Counted from the stretch's first letter, positions 9,224 through 21,528 are shown. The stretch: DNA of 64,000 bases from an uncultured Gammaproteobacteria bacterium (GCA_964535655.1 CAZHTP010000002.1:90054-154053), one strand, 5' to 3'. Program-made: numbers and translations. Notes: generated from the letters alone by a model not told the origin.

Positions 9224-10677
9224 TGAAATATCAGCCAATCATCGGACTCGAAGTTCATGTCGAATTAAACACTAACTCTAAAATGTTTTGCTCCTGTAGT
9301 GCCGAGCATTTTGCTGTTGCTCCCAACACTCATACGTGCCCTACATGTCTTGGTTTGCCAGGCGCGTTACCTATTGTCAACAAGGTTGCTTGTGAATATT
9401 GTCTTAAAATCGGATTAGCACTCAATTGTGAATTACTCGATCATGCGGTGTTTGCACGAAAACATTATGCATACCCCGACCTACCTAAAGGGTATCAAAT
9501 TTCACAATACGAGCTCCCATTTTGTGTAAATGGTTGGATAGAAGTTGGCGGCCGTAAAATTCGCATTAAACGTGTTCATATGGAAGAAGATACCGGCAAA
9601 TTACAACACGACATGGTTGATGGTAAAAGTGTTTCGCTGGTCGATTTTAATCGAGGCGGCGTACCTTTAGTGGAAATCGTGACCGAAGCAGATTTTCGCT
9701 CGGCTGAAGAAGTAGAAGAGTATGCTCGTAAACTACAACAGTTAATGCGCTATTTAAATGTTTCAACCGCTGACATGGACAAAGGTTCAATGCGCTTTGA
9801 AGCAAATATTTCAGTACTTAAAACAGATGAAGATATTTCTGACAAACCTATTCCTGACGGCGAGTTACCAAAATTTAAAGTTGAAGTAAAAAACCTTAAC
9901 TCCTTTAAATCTCTTTCTGGTGCAGTCCGCTATGAAACAAAAGAACAGGCTGAAATTCTAGAATCAGGAAAAATTCCTAAGCAAGAAACAAAAGGTTTCG
10001 ACGATGCAAAGCAAAAGACAACCACCCAGCGCGAAAAAGAAGATGCCCACGATTATCGCTATTTCCCAGATCCAGATATTCCTCCAATGCTCTGGATGCA
10101 TCCAACAAAAAACGAACTATTAAAAAGTCTTCCAGAATTGCCTTGGGAAAAGAAACAGCGCTTTATGAGTGAACTCGGATTATCTGAATATGATGCGTCG
10201 CTCCTAACAGGGGATGTCGAACTGGCAGCCTTTTATGAAGCAGGTCTAGAGACGAATAAATCTCATGCCAAAAAATTAGCAAACTGGCTAACCGGAGAAT
10301 ATTATCGTCTGCAAAATATTAATACTGTACCAATCAAAGACTTGAAATTTAAATCCTCAGATATTATCGAAATCATTGAATTGGTCGACTCCGGAAAAAT
10401 TTCCTCGACCAACGCTAAAGTAATTTTTGAAGAACTCTTTACAAACGGTGGAAAACCGAGCACAATAATGTCAGACAAAGGACTTGAGCAAATTACCGAT
10501 ACCGGAGCTATCGAGGAAGCAGTTAAGAAAGTAATTACAGAGCAACCCAAAGCAGTCGCCGATTACCGCGGCGGTAAAGAAACAGTTATCCAATTCCTTG
10601 TTGGAATGGTAATGAAAGAACTTAAAGGTAAAGGTAATACAGAAGAAATAAAAAAGATTTTAAAAGATAACCTATGA
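9223..10677 (+). CDS. gatB: Asp/Glu-tRNA amidotransferase subunit B
   Basis: IGLEVHVEL, YPDLPKGYQISQ, DYRYFPDPD. Confidence 0.97.
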   Translation: MKYQPIIGLEVHVELNTNSKMFCSCSAEHFAVAPNTHTCPTCLGLPGALPIVNKVACEYCLKIGLALNCELLDHAVFARKHYAYPDLPKGYQISQYELPFCVNGWIEVGGRKIRIKRVHMEEDTGKLQHDMVDGKSVSLVDFNRGGVPLVEIVTEADFRSAEEVEEYARKLQQLMRYLNVSTADMDKGSMRFEANISVLKTDEDISDKPIPDGELPKFKVEVKNLNSFKSLSGAVRYETKEQAEILESGKIPKQETKGFDDAKQKTTTQREKEDAHDYRYFPDPDIPPMLWMHPTKNELLKSLPELPWEKKQRFMSELGLSEYDASLLTGDVELAAFYEAGLETNKSHAKKLANWLTGEYYRLQNINTVPIKDLKFKSSDIIEIIELVDSGKISSTNAKVIFEELFTNGGKPSTIMSDKGLEQITDTGAIEEAVKKVITEQPKAVADYRGGKETVIQFLVGMVMKELKGKGNTEEIKKILKDNL

Positions 10678-10868
10678 CCGATAAACGCGAGTCTGGAAAC
10701 TTAGTAAAAGAACCACCACAAGAGCCTGGAATCGGGAAGATAATTGATGCCGTTCCCTTACGTACATTAAGTCCTATAGATACATTAATTCAAATACTAG
10801 GTACTCAACAGCCAGATAGAACTCCTCCTGCTGAAGCACCTAAAGAAAAAGAAGTAGGTAAACCCTAA
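10674..10868 (+). CDS. Hypothetical small protein
   Basis: ATGA overlap with gatB; coupled to the next gene. Confidence 0.5.
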   Translation: MTDKRESGNLVKEPPQEPGIGKIIDAVPLRTLSPIDTLIQILGTQQPDRTPPAEAPKEKEVGKP

Positions 10869-10874
10869 TACTAT

Positions 10875-12485
10875 ATGGCAGAAGATATAATAGAGACCCG
10901 TGAAGGGCCAATTGATGCAAGAAATGCGGTTGATAAAGTTAAAGCATTCATGGATGCTGACGGAAAATCGTATGAACCTCCTCCAATACCTGACAGTCTT
11001 AAAGAGCTTAAAGTAAGCGCTATCGAAGCCGTTGCACTGATTGCCGAAGATGTTCAATTGCCCGGAGAAGTCAAAAAAATATTCAATCGCGAAAACCCTC
11101 GAGATTTCCCCGCTGATGCAGAACACGTCAGGCAAATGTACTTTAATGCAGAAAAGCTCAAAGATATCTATGTCGATAAAACAACTGGTCTTGAAACTAC
11201 TGCAGTAATGCGTAGAAAACTACTAGTAGATCTACGAGGTCACCTAACACAAGTACGTGATGTAATTGCTGAGTCAGGATCAATTGATGAAGCTGTTGCT
11301 GCAGTTAGAGGGAAATTGAGTGATGAATATCAAGATCAGCTTGATAAAGAGCTGCGAGTCGCGGCAACTGCAACGCACGAAGACATTGGTGATGATCCAG
11401 TCAAACAAGCAGCTGCGCGAGAAAAATTGACAAAACATATACTAGAACGAAATTTCCTACTTTCACATATGTCCACCATCGCCGTAGGAAGTTGCGATAT
11501 TCAGGGCATGAAAACTGCTAATACCTATTTTGAAATGAACCCTCGCAAGGATATGGACCCTGAAGATGCAACCAATATGCTTGGAATACGTAGACAAGGG
11601 AGAACGAAACAGGCAGTTACCAAATTGTCAGGAAATACAGAGTATAACGATTCACTTGCAAGTTTAGATGGTCAAACTGAGATAGTCTATTTTGACGAAA
11701 CAAAAGTAACACAGGTTTCCGGAGAATCATACGAGGCACGCGCCGGAGCTTTGTTAGGCGAAGAAAATCTAAAATTCCTGCGAGATAATAATATCCAAAT
11801 TATAGAATATCGTCGCCGAGTTGAAGCCGGCGATGAGGGTTCAGTTCTTGTAATCAAAGACCAAAAAACCCCAGATGGTAGACCTATCCCTATTAACAAT
11901 AAGAGACACAAAGAAAAAAATCGCACGGGTGAGCCTGATGACGTAGATGTACTTGAAAATGCATTAGCGCGAGCAAGTTATGTTCAAATTGGCGAATATA
12001 CAAAAAAACAGTCCAACAAAATAAAAAGCGTAATACGTTCATACTTCGGATGGCGTAGTTCTATTCCAGAGCAACAAGATACAGTCGAAGTGTATATTCA
12101 GGACAGAGTCTCCATTGTCAGAATGGATGAGGCACTTAAGCAATCAATTCAAGTTACCGATGCAGAGTATCAAGAAATTATGGAGAATCCAGAGCTTCTC
12201 ATCGAAAAAGCAATTGATGCTGCCTGGGCAGCTGCAGGGAATTCCATGGCCGAAGCGAAAGCCGATGAGCCCAAGAAGTATTTACGTGATGCGATTAACG
12301 GAGATCGCATGGCTCAATTGTATGTCGCTCAAAGTCACCTTAATGGCAGGGCTCTTGCTAACCCCGACAAACTTCGTCCACTTGTAACGGGTGCAGATTA
12401 TGTCGATAAGCGTAAGCTTAATCAACAGGAATTTGATGTTGTATATGCACAGGTCGAACAACGTACCTCAAAGTGGGATGAATAA
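10875..12485 (+). CDS. Hypothetical protein with a highly divergent, insertion-rich GGDEF-like domain
   Basis: DKTTGL, AVGSCDIQGMKTANT and AGDEGSVLV occur in GGDEF motif order. Confidence 0.5.
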   Translation: MAEDIIETREGPIDARNAVDKVKAFMDADGKSYEPPPIPDSLKELKVSAIEAVALIAEDVQLPGEVKKIFNRENPRDFPADAEHVRQMYFNAEKLKDIYVDKTTGLETTAVMRRKLLVDLRGHLTQVRDVIAESGSIDEAVAAVRGKLSDEYQDQLDKELRVAATATHEDIGDDPVKQAAAREKLTKHILERNFLLSHMSTIAVGSCDIQGMKTANTYFEMNPRKDMDPEDATNMLGIRRQGRTKQAVTKLSGNTEYNDSLASLDGQTEIVYFDETKVTQVSGESYEARAGALLGEENLKFLRDNNIQIIEYRRRVEAGDEGSVLVIKDQKTPDGRPIPINNKRHKEKNRTGEPDDVDVLENALARASYVQIGEYTKKQSNKIKSVIRSYFGWRSSIPEQQDTVEVYIQDRVSIVRMDEALKQSIQVTDAEYQEIMENPELLIEKAIDAAWAAAGNSMAEAKADEPKKYLRDAINGDRMAQLYVAQSHLNGRALANPDKLRPLVTGADYVDKRKLNQQEFDVVYAQVEQRTSKWDE

Positions 12486-12627
12486 TTTATATCCAATGCA
12501 TGAAACATCCATTCTGAACAACTTTGTATCCTTGTCTTTCGTCTTCTAAAAGTCATACAATAAAGAAAAGTTCCATTAAAATTATTAAAGGATAGTTGCT
12601 AGATTTAGTCTAAAGGAAGCCATAATT

Positions 12628-15600
12628 ATGGGTGACTTTGTCCACTTGCACGTTCATACCGAGTACTCGCTGCTCGACGGTCTTTCCAAAATCAAAGATG
12701 CTATTAAGCGTGTCAAATCGTGTGGCATGGATGCTCTCGCCATTACCGACCACGGGTCAATGTTTGGAGTAATCGATTTTTATAAAGCGTGTTTAAAAGA
12801 AGAAATCAAACCGATCATCGGAGTCGAAACCTATGTGGCTCGTCGTGCTCACAATTTAAAAGAAGGACGACAAGATGCAGAGCCGTATCACTTGCTCTTA
12901 CTCGCCAAGAACTACACCGGCTATAAAAATTTAATGAAAATGATCTCTATCGCCCATATCGAAGGATATTACTATCGTCCGCGTGTTGACAAAGCCCTCT
13001 TAAGACAATTTCATGAAGGGATTGTTGCAACGAGTGCCTGTTTGGCAAATGACATCGCACGAGCGCATATTGCGGGTAATTACGACGAAGCAAAGCGAAT
13101 TGCACTGGAGTATCAAGATATATTTGGGGAAGGAAATTTCTTCCTGGAGATTCAGCGCCATCACTATCGTAATTATCTAAAAGAGCATGCCGTTGGGGAT
13201 GAAATCTATCGTGATCTTAATGACACCCAGGTAAAAGAAGATGCGGTGTATGAAGGTAACATAAAACTATCCCGCGAAACGGGGATACCGCTGGTTTGTA
13301 CGAACGACTGCCATTATGTTACCCAAGACGATGCCGAGGCCCAAGATTGCTTAATATGTATTGGTACCGGTAAGCAAATGGCGGAAACAACGAAGCGTCT
13401 ACGTATGGTTGATGCACGAGCGTATTATTTAGCTTCGGTCGAAGAGATGAAAGAGTGGTTCGCGGAAGTTCCTGATGCCGTTGAGAACACGGTGAAAATT
13501 GCCGAAATGTGTAATGTCGAAATTCCTATCGGAAAATCTGAGTTTCCGATCTTTGAAATTCCGGAAGGATTTGATCCTGACGGTTATTTAAGGCACCTCA
13601 CCTACGAAGGAGCTAAAACCCGTCTTGATATAAATGATCCGGTTGTTACAAAGCGTCTCGATTGGGAACTGGATATCATTAAAATGAAAGGGTATCCTAC
13701 CTATTTCATGATCGTAGCCGATTTTATGAACTGGGCAAGCAATAATGGGATTATCACCAATACCCGTGGCTCTGCAGCTGGATCACTCGTTTCCTATGCC
13801 ATGGGTATCACGTCAGTTAATCCACTCACGTACAATTTGCCATTTGAACGATTCTTAAACCCATTACGTCCTTCGACTCCAGATATCGATGCCGACATGT
13901 CAGACATTCATCGCGATGATCTTATTAATTATGTTAAAGAACGGTATGGGCATGATCGTGTTGCCCAAATCGGTACCTTTGGCAAATTAATGGCGCGCGC
14001 TGCAGTGCGTGACGTTGCCCGTACTCTAGGAATACCCATTAGTAAAGCCGATAAAATTGCCAAAATGGTTCCTGAAGGTTCACAAGGATTCGCTATGACT
14101 TTAACCCGTGCTCTGAATGAATCTTCAGAACTAAAGCAGTGGTACGATAGCGACTCCGAAGTCAGAAAAATCATTGATTTAGCTAAAAAAGTTGAAGGCA
14201 ATGTTCGTAACCCTTCAGTGCATGCCGCCGGCGTAGTTGTCTCGCCGGGACCAATGACTGACTTTACGCCACTTCGCATTGACGATGGAAAAATTATCAC
14301 CCAATACGATATGCATGGCGTTGAAGATGTTGGTCTGGTTAAGTTTGACTTTCTTGGTATTCGTAACCTTTCTATCCTCGGACTCGCGGTAGAAATGGTA
14401 AAAAAAGAAAAAGGTGTGGATATCGATTTGCATAAAATTCCCCTTGATGACCCAAAAACATTTGAGATTCTTGCCAAAGGGCAAACCATGGGTTTATTTC
14501 AGCTTGGTGGTTCAGGTATGACCAAATGGCTAGTTGAACTAAAGCCTGCTCGTATCGACGATCTAATGGCTATGGTTGCCTTATTCCGCCCTGGGCCAAT
14601 GGCGATTATTCCAGAATATATTAATCGCCGTTTTCATCCCGATAGAGTAAGTTACTTTGATCCACGCATGGAATCATTCTTAAAAACAACATATGGATTA
14701 ATCACATACCAAGACGATGTTTTAATGTGCGCTATTAATATGGCTGGCTACGATTGGCTCGAAGCAGATAAATTCCGTAAAGCAATGGGCAAGAAAATTC
14801 CCGAAGAGATGGCCAAGCAAAAAGAAAAATTCTTAAAAGGCTATGTTGAGCACGGCAAAGAATACAATGTTACCGATCAAAAAGCACAAGAACTTTGGAA
14901 ATTAATTGAACCATTCTCAGCATACGGATTTAACAAAGCCCATGCCGCAAGCTATGGAATCGTTGCCTACCAAACGGCCTATATGAAAGCAAACTATCCG
15001 GTGGAGTTTATGATGGCTGTCATGACTTGCGAATCAGGAAATATGGACACCATTACTGAGGCCGTTGCCGAATGTAAAAATATGGGAATTGAAGTGCTAC
15101 CTCCTGATGTAAATAAATCGCATATTGGATTTACCATCGAGAATGGTAAAGATATTCGTTTTGGAATGAACGCCATTAAAAACGTCGGTGAAGCCGCGGT
15201 TGAAGCAATTATCAAAGGTCGTGATGCTCATGGCTCGTTCACATCTCTTTATGATTTTTGTAAAAATGTTGATCTCAGGCCAGTAAACAAAAAAACTATT
15301 GAGTGTCTTATTAAAACGGGGGCAACTATCGCCTATGGCACTCGTTCAGCACAGTTATCAGTCCTTGAGCAAATTATGCAAGGTGCTGGTGCCGAACAAA
15401 AAAGTAAAGAAGCGGGTCAATCCTCGTTATTTGAAATTCTAGCAGCGGAAGCAACAGAAGACGATCCTGACGCAGGTAGCACTGAAATTCCTGTGCCAAA
15501 CTTGCCCGAGATAAATAAAAAGGAGATGCTTGCCTGGGAGAAGGAGTTACTGGGATTTTATTTAACCGAGCATCCACTTAAGGAAGCGCTTGAAAAGATA

Positions 15601-16350
15601 AATCCAGTCATCAACAAAAAACTAGGGGAGATTTCGATGGAAACTGATGTCGGGAAATATGTCAGACTCGGTGGTGCACTAGCCGAATGCCGCAAGATAA
15701 CAACCAAAGCCAGTGGCCAAGAAATGTGTTTTATCACGGTAGAAGATGATACAGGAAAGCTCGATGGGGTAGTGTTTCCGCGATTGTACGCTGAAACAAA
15801 ATTCTTTTGGGAGCAAGATCGCATCTTAATTATGGAAGTAAAAATTGAATCACGAGAAGAGAAAGTTTCTCTAATTGTTGACAAAGTCTGGGATTTAGAT
15901 CAGGTTGGAATAATTCCCGATTTTCAGGAGCGCATTGCAAGGCCACCTGGTGGCGGATTTGGCGGCGGAGGAAACTGGCCTAAAAAAGGAAATGCTGGAG
16001 AGGAAGGACAGGGTATAAAACGCATAAATCCCAATGATTATAAAATTGCGGAAGATGAACCAATCCTCCAGTCAATGCTTAGAGATAAACCCGCGAATAG
16101 GGGGGAAACAACCGTATCCTTAAAACGAAGCGATGAAGGATGCATTGAGGTCTATGTACCAGTCGGCACCACCAAGGAAAAATTATCAGAGCTGGCAATG
16201 CTTCTTCGTGAGCATAAAGGGCAGGATAAAATGGCCCTACTTGTCCCTAACGGCGAAGCTGACCTTAAACGAATCGACGTTCCGTACGGAATTCAGTACG
16301 GAATTGAGCTCAGGGAGATGGTGGAGGACCTTTTTATACCAAAGCCTTGA
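12628..16350 (+). CDS. dnaE: DNA polymerase III alpha subunit
   Basis: PHP domain [36 protein letters not shown] fold. Confidence 0.98.
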   Translation: MGDFVHLHVHTEYSLLDGLSKIKDAIKRVKSCGMDALAITDHGSMFGVIDFYKACLKEEIKPIIGVETYVARRAHNLKEGRQDAEPYHLLLLAKNYTGYKNLMKMISIAHIEGYYYRPRVDKALLRQFHEGIVATSACLANDIARAHIAGNYDEAKRIALEYQDIFGEGNFFLEIQRHHYRNYLKEHAVGDEIYRDLNDTQVKEDAVYEGNIKLSRETGIPLVCTNDCHYVTQDDAEAQDCLICIGTGKQMAETTKRLRMVDARAYYLASVEEMKEWFAEVPDAVENTVKIAEMCNVEIPIGKSEFPIFEIPEGFDPDGYLRHLTYEGAKTRLDINDPVVTKRLDWELDIIKMKGYPTYFMIVADFMNWASNNGIITNTRGSAAGSLVSYAMGITSVNPLTYNLPFERFLNPLRPSTPDIDADMSDIHRDDLINYVKERYGHDRVAQIGTFGKLMARAAVRDVARTLGIPISKADKIAKMVPEGSQGFAMTLTRALNESSELKQWYDSDSEVRKIIDLAKKVEGNVRNPSVHAAGVVVSPGPMTDFTPLRIDDGKIITQYDMHGVEDVGLVKFDFLGIRNLSILGLAVEMVKKEKGVDIDLHKIPLDDPKTFEILAKGQTMGLFQLGGSGMTKWLVELKPARIDDLMAMVALFRPGPMAIIPEYINRRFHPDRVSYFDPRMESFLKTTYGLITYQDDVLMCAINMAGYDWLEADKFRKAMGKKIPEEMAKQKEKFLKGYVEHGKEYNVTDQKAQELWKLIEPFSAYGFNKAHAASYGIVAYQTAYMKANYPVEFMMAVMTCESGNMDTITEAVAECKNMGIEVLPPDVNKSHIGFTIENGKDIRFGMNAIKNVGEAAVEAIIKGRDAHGSFTSLYDFCKNVDLRPVNKKTIECLIKTGATIAYGTRSAQLSVLEQIMQGAGAEQKSKEAGQSSLFEILAAEATEDDPDAGSTEIPVPNLPEINKKEMLAWEKELLGFYLTEHPLKEALEKINPVINKKLGEISMETDVGKYVRLGGALAECRKITTKASGQEMCFITVEDDTGKLDGVVFPRLYAETKFFWEQDRILIMEVKIESREEKVSLIVDKVWDLDQVGIIPDFQERIARPPGGGFGGGGNWPKKGNAGEEGQGIKRINPNDYKIAEDEPILQSMLRDKPANRGETTVSLKRSDEGCIEVYVPVGTTKEKLSELAMLLREHKGQDKMALLVPNGEADLKRIDVPYGIQYGIELREMVEDLFIPKP

Positions 16351-16384
16351 TTTTATTATCAGGTATGTTAAAATCTCTATCTAT

Positions 16385-16756
16385 ATGGCATTAACATTTC
16401 AATCAACCAAAGTAGCAGATATTCGTGATTCAGCGCATATTGCAGATTTCCAAGTCGGTGATTCAGTTGTACTAGATACAAAAATCCAAGAAGGCGACAA
16501 AACTCGCGTTCAGAAATTTAAGGGAATTGTGATTCGAATTTCAGGTCGCGGTGAAAACAAAATGTTCACTGTGCGCCATATCAGCTCAGGTGGGATTGGT
16601 GTTGAAAGAACATTTCCAATCATCTCTCCATGGATCCAAAAACTTACAGTAGAAAAGCAAGGCGAAGTTCGCCGAGCTAAGCTCTATTACCTCCGCGATC
16701 GCAAAGGTAAAGCAGCTAAAGTAGTTAAAGCAAAAAATATTGCTAAAACCGCTTAG
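16385..16756 (+). CDS. rplS: 50S ribosomal protein L19
   Basis: [23 protein letters not shown]. Confidence 0.97.
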   Translation: MALTFQSTKVADIRDSAHIADFQVGDSVVLDTKIQEGDKTRVQKFKGIVIRISGRGENKMFTVRHISSGGIGVERTFPIISPWIQKLTVEKQGEVRRAKLYYLRDRKGKAAKVVKAKNIAKTA

Positions 16757-16775
16757 TTTTTAGTAAAGTAAGGGC

Positions 16776-17408
16776 ATGATTCTTGCTCATTCTCAATTTG
16801 AACAAAATTACTGGTCTTCAGGCAAAATGTATGTTGCCGGAATCGATGAAGTCGGGCGTGGCTGTTGGGCTGGCCCTGCCGTGGTTGGCGCAGTAATTTT
16901 TCCTCCTGAAGTTACGTTATCCTTTGAATTAGCTGATTCAAAATTACTCTCAGAAAAAAAGCGCGAAGAGATCGCAAGCCATATCTACGCCAGCGCATTA
17001 GCCTGTACCGTAGTCGAAGTTGCTTTATCAGATATAAATTCTGAAGGAGTGGGTAAGGCAATTCAAGACGGTTTTAGCACTGCGGCCGTTTCCATGCCGT
17101 TTGATCCAGATTTTGTGCTTATCGATGCATTCAAAATTAAGAATTACCCTGCAAAAAAGCAGTTAAACATCATTAAAGGCGACCAACAGTCAATTTCTAT
17201 CGCCGCAGCTTCAATAATTGCCAAAGTGTATCGAGATAAATTAATGAAGGAATTGCATCTCGAAGAATCCCGATATGGATTTAATATCAATAAGGGGTAT
17301 GGAACAAAAGCGCATCGCGAAGCCATTGCAAAACATGGCCTATGTCCTCATCATAGAAGTAGCTTTGATTTAGCAAAGTGGACTTCAGATGCCGAAAACA
17401 CACAATAA
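16776..17408 (+). CDS. rnhB: Ribonuclease HII
   Basis: GIDEVGRG, DSK, KGD..S.SIAAASIIAKV.RD, KGYGT. Confidence 0.97.
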   Translation: MILAHSQFEQNYWSSGKMYVAGIDEVGRGCWAGPAVVGAVIFPPEVTLSFELADSKLLSEKKREEIASHIYASALACTVVEVALSDINSEGVGKAIQDGFSTAAVSMPFDPDFVLIDAFKIKNYPAKKQLNIIKGDQQSISIAAASIIAKVYRDKLMKELHLEESRYGFNINKGYGTKAHREAIAKHGLCPHHRSSFDLAKWTSDAENTQ

Positions 17409-17727
17409 ACTCTTGGGCGCGCAAGGCGAGGAACTCGCCACACGGTTCCTTATTCAATTGGGATACATCATTATTGAACGAAATTGGCGAACCCGCTATG
17501 GCGAAATCGACATCATTGTAAAAAAAGCCAATACACTTTACTGTGTTGAAGTTAAAACCAGAACCAACCTCTCGTACGGATATCCAATAGACGCAATCAC
17601 TCCTAAAAAAATCCAGCGAATGCAGTTAACAGCGCATATGTATGCTGCGTATACGCACTATACTGGTCCCTTAGAACTAATTATAGCCGAAGTAATTGGT
17701 AATCAATGCAGCCTTAGAAAAGTCTAA
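17389..17727 (+). CDS. yraN: YraN-family nuclease
   Basis: G..GE..A..FL, RNWR..GEIDII, VEVKTR. Confidence 0.9.
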   Translation: MPKTHNKLLGAQGEELATRFLIQLGYIIIERNWRTRYGEIDIIVKKANTLYCVEVKTRTNLSYGYPIDAITPKKIQRMQLTAHMYAAYTHYTGPLELIIAEVIGNQCSLRKV

Positions 17728-17803
17728 CTGCACCAATTGAACGTGTAGTGGTAAATTCCACTTAATAAGGGTATAATCATCATTACGGAAAAATAAGGAC
17801 TAT

Positions 17804-19645
17804 ATGGAACAGAAAAATATCAGAAATATCGCTATTATTGCTCACGTTGACCATGGTAAAACTACCTTGGTTGATGGGCTACTTAAGCAGTCTCACGTCT
17901 TTAGGGAGAACCAGGAAGAAATGTCTCAGACCACAATTTTAGACTCAAATACTCTTGAGCGCGAACGTGGTATTACCATTTTGGCAAAAAACACCGCCAT
18001 TCACTGGGGCGACTATAAGATCAATATTTTGGATACCCCAGGCCATGCTGACTTCTCAGGTGAGGTCGAACGCGTTCTTAATATGGCTGATGGCTGCCTT
18101 CTTGTGGTTGATGCTGCAGAGGGCGTTATGTCCCAGACAAGATTTGTTCTTAAGTTAGCTTTCAATGCTCACCTGACACCAATTGTTGTTATCAATAAAA
18201 TCGATAAAAAAGATGCCCGACCAACCGAGGTTCTCGAAGAAGTTAATGATTTATTCCTCGAGCTTGCTCAAGACGAATCTCAACTAGATTTCTCGGTAGT
18301 CTATGCAATCGGACGCGAAGGAATCGCTTCCGAGCATATCGAACAGAATACCGACGGCACCTGGGCTATAACTAAAGCAAAAGATTTATCGTATCTGTTC
18401 GAAGTAATTATCAATAAAATCCCGGCTCCAACAGGGGATGAAATGGGCGCATTTCAAATGCAGGTTACTTCCCTCGATAAAGACGACTACAAAGGAAAAT
18501 ATGTAATCGGTCGCGTCATGCGTGGAAAAGTGAAGAAAAACGATCAGTTAGGTATTTTACGTCCCGATGGTTCAAGTCAGAATAAAAAAGTTGAATATAT
18601 CTTTACCTACGAGGGCCTTCATAAAGTTGAGATCGAAGAAGCGGCAACCGGGGATATCATCGCTATCACCGGTTTTACCGAGGCAAATATTGGCGACACA
18701 TTAACGGATATAAATGTCAAAGAATCACTACCACCACTTCCCATTGAAGAGCCAACATTAAAGATGACTTTTTCTGTTAATACGTCCCCCTATGCCGGCA
18801 AAGAAGGAAAGTATTCAACGTCTCGCCAATTGCGTGATCGCCTCTATAAAGAGCTTGAAGCAAACGTTGGCTTGCGGGTTGAAGATGCTGAATCAACCGA
18901 TTCCTTCATCGTCTCAGGGCGTGGAGAGTTACATTTATCTATCCTTATTGAAACCATGCGCCGTGAAGGATATGAGTTCTCCGTATCTCGCCCTGAAGTT
19001 ATTTTTAAACAGGAAAATGGCCAGACAACCGAGCCATGGGAATTGTTAACAATTGAGGTTCCTGACGATTACACCGGTGTAGTAACAACCGAAATGGGCA
19101 TTCGAAAAGCTGAAATGGTAAACATGTTAAGCGATGGTAAAGGTGAAACTCGTTTTGATTATAAAATCGCTACACGTCACTTAATTGGATTTAGAAACCA
19201 ATTTATCTCAAATACATCTGGACGCGGCATTATGAACTCATTGTTCCTTGGCTATGAGCCTAAAGGCGACGACGTACCATTTAATCGCAACGGCGCGCTA
19301 ATTACTTCTGAATCAGGGGTTACTACAACATACGGACTTGCCAATGCTCAAGAGCGTGGTAACACTTTTGTTCCTCCGCAAACAAATGTATATGAAGGAA
19401 TGGTTATAGGCGTTAACGCTAAAAAAGAAGATATGCCCGTTAATGTATGCAAAGAAAAGAAATTAACTAACATGCGCGCTTCATCCGCTGATATTGCCGT
19501 AAAGTTAACGCCACCAATTATCATGTCGCTTGAACAATGCCTAGATTTCTTAGGGCCAGATGAACTGCTTGAAGTTACTCCGAAATCGTTGCGTCTGCGA
19601 AAACGCTATCTTACAGAGGTAGATCGACGTCGAGCATCCCGCTAA
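17804..19645 (+). CDS. typA: Translational GTPase TypA/BipA
   Basis: AHVDHGKTT, DTPGHADF, GRGELHL, C-terminal LLEVTPKSLRLRK. Confidence 0.97.
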   Translation: MEQKNIRNIAIIAHVDHGKTTLVDGLLKQSHVFRENQEEMSQTTILDSNTLERERGITILAKNTAIHWGDYKINILDTPGHADFSGEVERVLNMADGCLLVVDAAEGVMSQTRFVLKLAFNAHLTPIVVINKIDKKDARPTEVLEEVNDLFLELAQDESQLDFSVVYAIGREGIASEHIEQNTDGTWAITKAKDLSYLFEVIINKIPAPTGDEMGAFQMQVTSLDKDDYKGKYVIGRVMRGKVKKNDQLGILRPDGSSQNKKVEYIFTYEGLHKVEIEEAATGDIIAITGFTEANIGDTLTDINVKESLPPLPIEEPTLKMTFSVNTSPYAGKEGKYSTSRQLRDRLYKELEANVGLRVEDAESTDSFIVSGRGELHLSILIETMRREGYEFSVSRPEVIFKQENGQTTEPWELLTIEVPDDYTGVVTTEMGIRKAEMVNMLSDGKGETRFDYKIATRHLIGFRNQFISNTSGRGIMNSLFLGYEPKGDDVPFNRNGALITSESGVTTTYGLANAQERGNTFVPPQTNVYEGMVIGVNAKKEDMPVNVCKEKKLTNMRASSADIAVKLTPPIIMSLEQCLDFLGPDELLEVTPKSLRLRKRYLTEVDRRRASR

Positions 19646-19662
19646 ATATGATATTCTACTAG

Positions 19663-19942
19663 TATGGATCAGGATATTATTATTGAAACAGACTTTCGCC
19701 CTGAAGCCCTCAAAAGGTTGCAATTAAAAACGGGCAAGATTTAAAAGACAAGCAGTGGCAGGAGTATGGAACTCTGTTTTAATGCAGCCATCGCATGGCT
19801 CATGACAATTTTGATTCAAAGGCTTTTTGCTTACAACCTGATACGTTCTGCCATTACATGCGTGATGTGGTTAACGAAGCCTCTTCAGAAATTTTATACT
19901 TTCAACCAAATACCAAAGAAAAAGTACTTGTCACCAGATAAT
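19663..19942 (+). pseudogene. Probable decayed small gene (one frameshift, one in-frame TAA)
   Basis: MDQDIIIETDFRPEALK / VAIKNGQDLKDKQWQEYGTLF*CSHRMAHDNFD..VTR* across two frames. Confidence 0.35.
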
Positions 19943-19956
19943 AAAATGCTGGTTCA

Positions 19957-21528
19957 TCATGTCCCTGGTGCGCATCCACCCTTACCTGGGCCGAAACTTC
20001 CCGGATTATTATTCTGAACGAGTACTGGAATCTGTAATACACCAGTATCTGTTCCACCGCCTTTATCTACTGAACTTGTAACCATGGCCAGACAGTGCCA
20101 GCCATTCGTATATTGCGTAGTGTCCCAGGTAACACTTCCGCCAAAGGGTCCTGTTCCTTGTTTAAGTACCTTGCCAAAATTATCTGCTGCAAAAAGTGCA
20201 TCTACATTGACGCTATGCGTACCAGTGGCGATACCTCCGGAGCCAGGCTTCATGTTAGTGTTAAAGGTGTAACTTCCTGAAACTGGACCATATGGAATCT
20301 GGCTAAGGAATTGCGCATTTTCATAATTTGTACCAGTAAACCATCCACGAGCTTCAAGGAATGGAGGCGTTCGATACGTTTTTCCATGCCCATGAAACCA
20401 AGCCTGCCATCCAGTTGATGCATTAAGTCGTTGGCCATTCGAAAAATCACTAAAGAAACGAATACGGATTTCCTCATAGCCACTTAAGCTACTGGTTGGC
20501 ACATCGATAGGAACCCACCAGGTACAGGCGGCTTTCAAATCTGTCCCGTCTGAAGTACATTGAAGCGGTGGATTAAAGGATTTCTGAACTAGCGAAGTTC
20601 CACTTGGTCCTTTACCAATATCCAATTTAGAAATTTTTGAATTATTCCCTTTATGAATCATTAGACGCAAATCAAGATGCAATGTTGAACCGTTAAAGTC
20701 CTGATCCTGAGGAAAACAAGTTGCCGTATGTGTATGTCCACCAATTCCTTTTACTGATGTTTGTGTGGGAGTTTTGATTGAAGCAGTATCCATCCACCAT
20801 GCTTGAGTCTCAAGGAAAATACGTTTTTCAGGATAACGTGAGCAGTCGGTAGTATTCCCTCCACCAGAATCAGGGGGTGTAGGAACTGGGGTGCTCGTTG
20901 GCGTCGGAGTATTAGTTGAGTCAGGATTTGGCACAAAAATCACCACGTACATTGAATAGGCATTTCCTGGAATATCGCCAGCTTTTTCCATTTGATACGT
21001 CCCAGCACTTACTTGACGCTTATAAATATCATAAACTCCAATAAGCCCTTGGTCATTTTTGCGCAACAAGTACTGATTTAAATTAGAAAGATCATCGTTA
21101 GTTTGACGAGTATATTGAGTGGTAACCCATCCCGGAGCAAGCGATTGAAAAATATGTCGTGTTGCAATATACAGTGTTCCTGGTTGAGTGAGTGTTACGC
21201 TCCAACGTAAATTAGCATCATCTTTTATTTCAGTATTAGGAGTTTCAATTACGGTTCCTCCCGCCATTGCTGGATCAATACGAAAATATGTATAGCGCGG
21301 ATCACCAGAATACATCGTAGTATTGGTTTGTAAACATTTCTTGTTAAAGGTGAAACTGCCGTAACTCGTTATATTCGAAACATCACCGGGACATGCAGCT
21401 GCTTGAGTGGAATCAGACTTCCTTAAAGATTTAAATCCTGAAGATATAAATACAGCTACACCTATCATAAAGAGTGCAGGAATAATAAGGGACACAGAGT
21501 TAAATATTTTCATTCGACGATTCTTCAT
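19957..21528 (-). CDS. Secreted/anchored modular protein; N-terminal domain paralogous to 43666-44610
   Basis: N-terminal TM; RKN.QGLIG.YDIY..YSMY domain; PT linker; beta-rich C-terminal region. Confidence 0.7.
   Translation of the reverse strand: MKNRRMKIFNSVSLIIPALFMIGVAVFISSGFKSLRKSDSTQAAACPGDVSNITSYGSFTFNKKCLQTNTTMYSGDPRYTYFRIDPAMAGGTVIETPNTEIKDDANLRWSVTLTQPGTLYIATRHIFQSLAPGWVTTQYTRQTNDDLSNLNQYLLRKNDQGLIGVYDIYKRQVSAGTYQMEKAGDIPGNAYSMYVVIFVPNPDSTNTPTPTSTPVPTPPDSGGGNTTDCSRYPEKRIFLETQAWWMDTASIKTPTQTSVKGIGGHTHTATCFPQDQDFNGSTLHLDLRLMIHKGNNSKISKLDIGKGPSGTSLVQKSFNPPLQCTSDGTDLKAACTWWVPIDVPTSSLSGYEEIRIRFFSDFSNGQRLNASTGWQAWFHGHGKTYRTPPFLEARGWFTGTNYENAQFLSQIPYGPVSGSYTFNTNMKPGSGGIATGTHSVNVDALFAADNFGKVLKQGTGPFGGSVTWDTTQYTNGWHCLAMVTSSVDKGGGTDTGVLQIPVLVQNNNPGSFGPGKGGCAPGT

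Noticed and set aside
12628-16350. Intein or intron in dnaE (also checked uvrA)
   Set aside because: Lengths are ordinary and no intein terminal or LAGLIDADG motifs were seen
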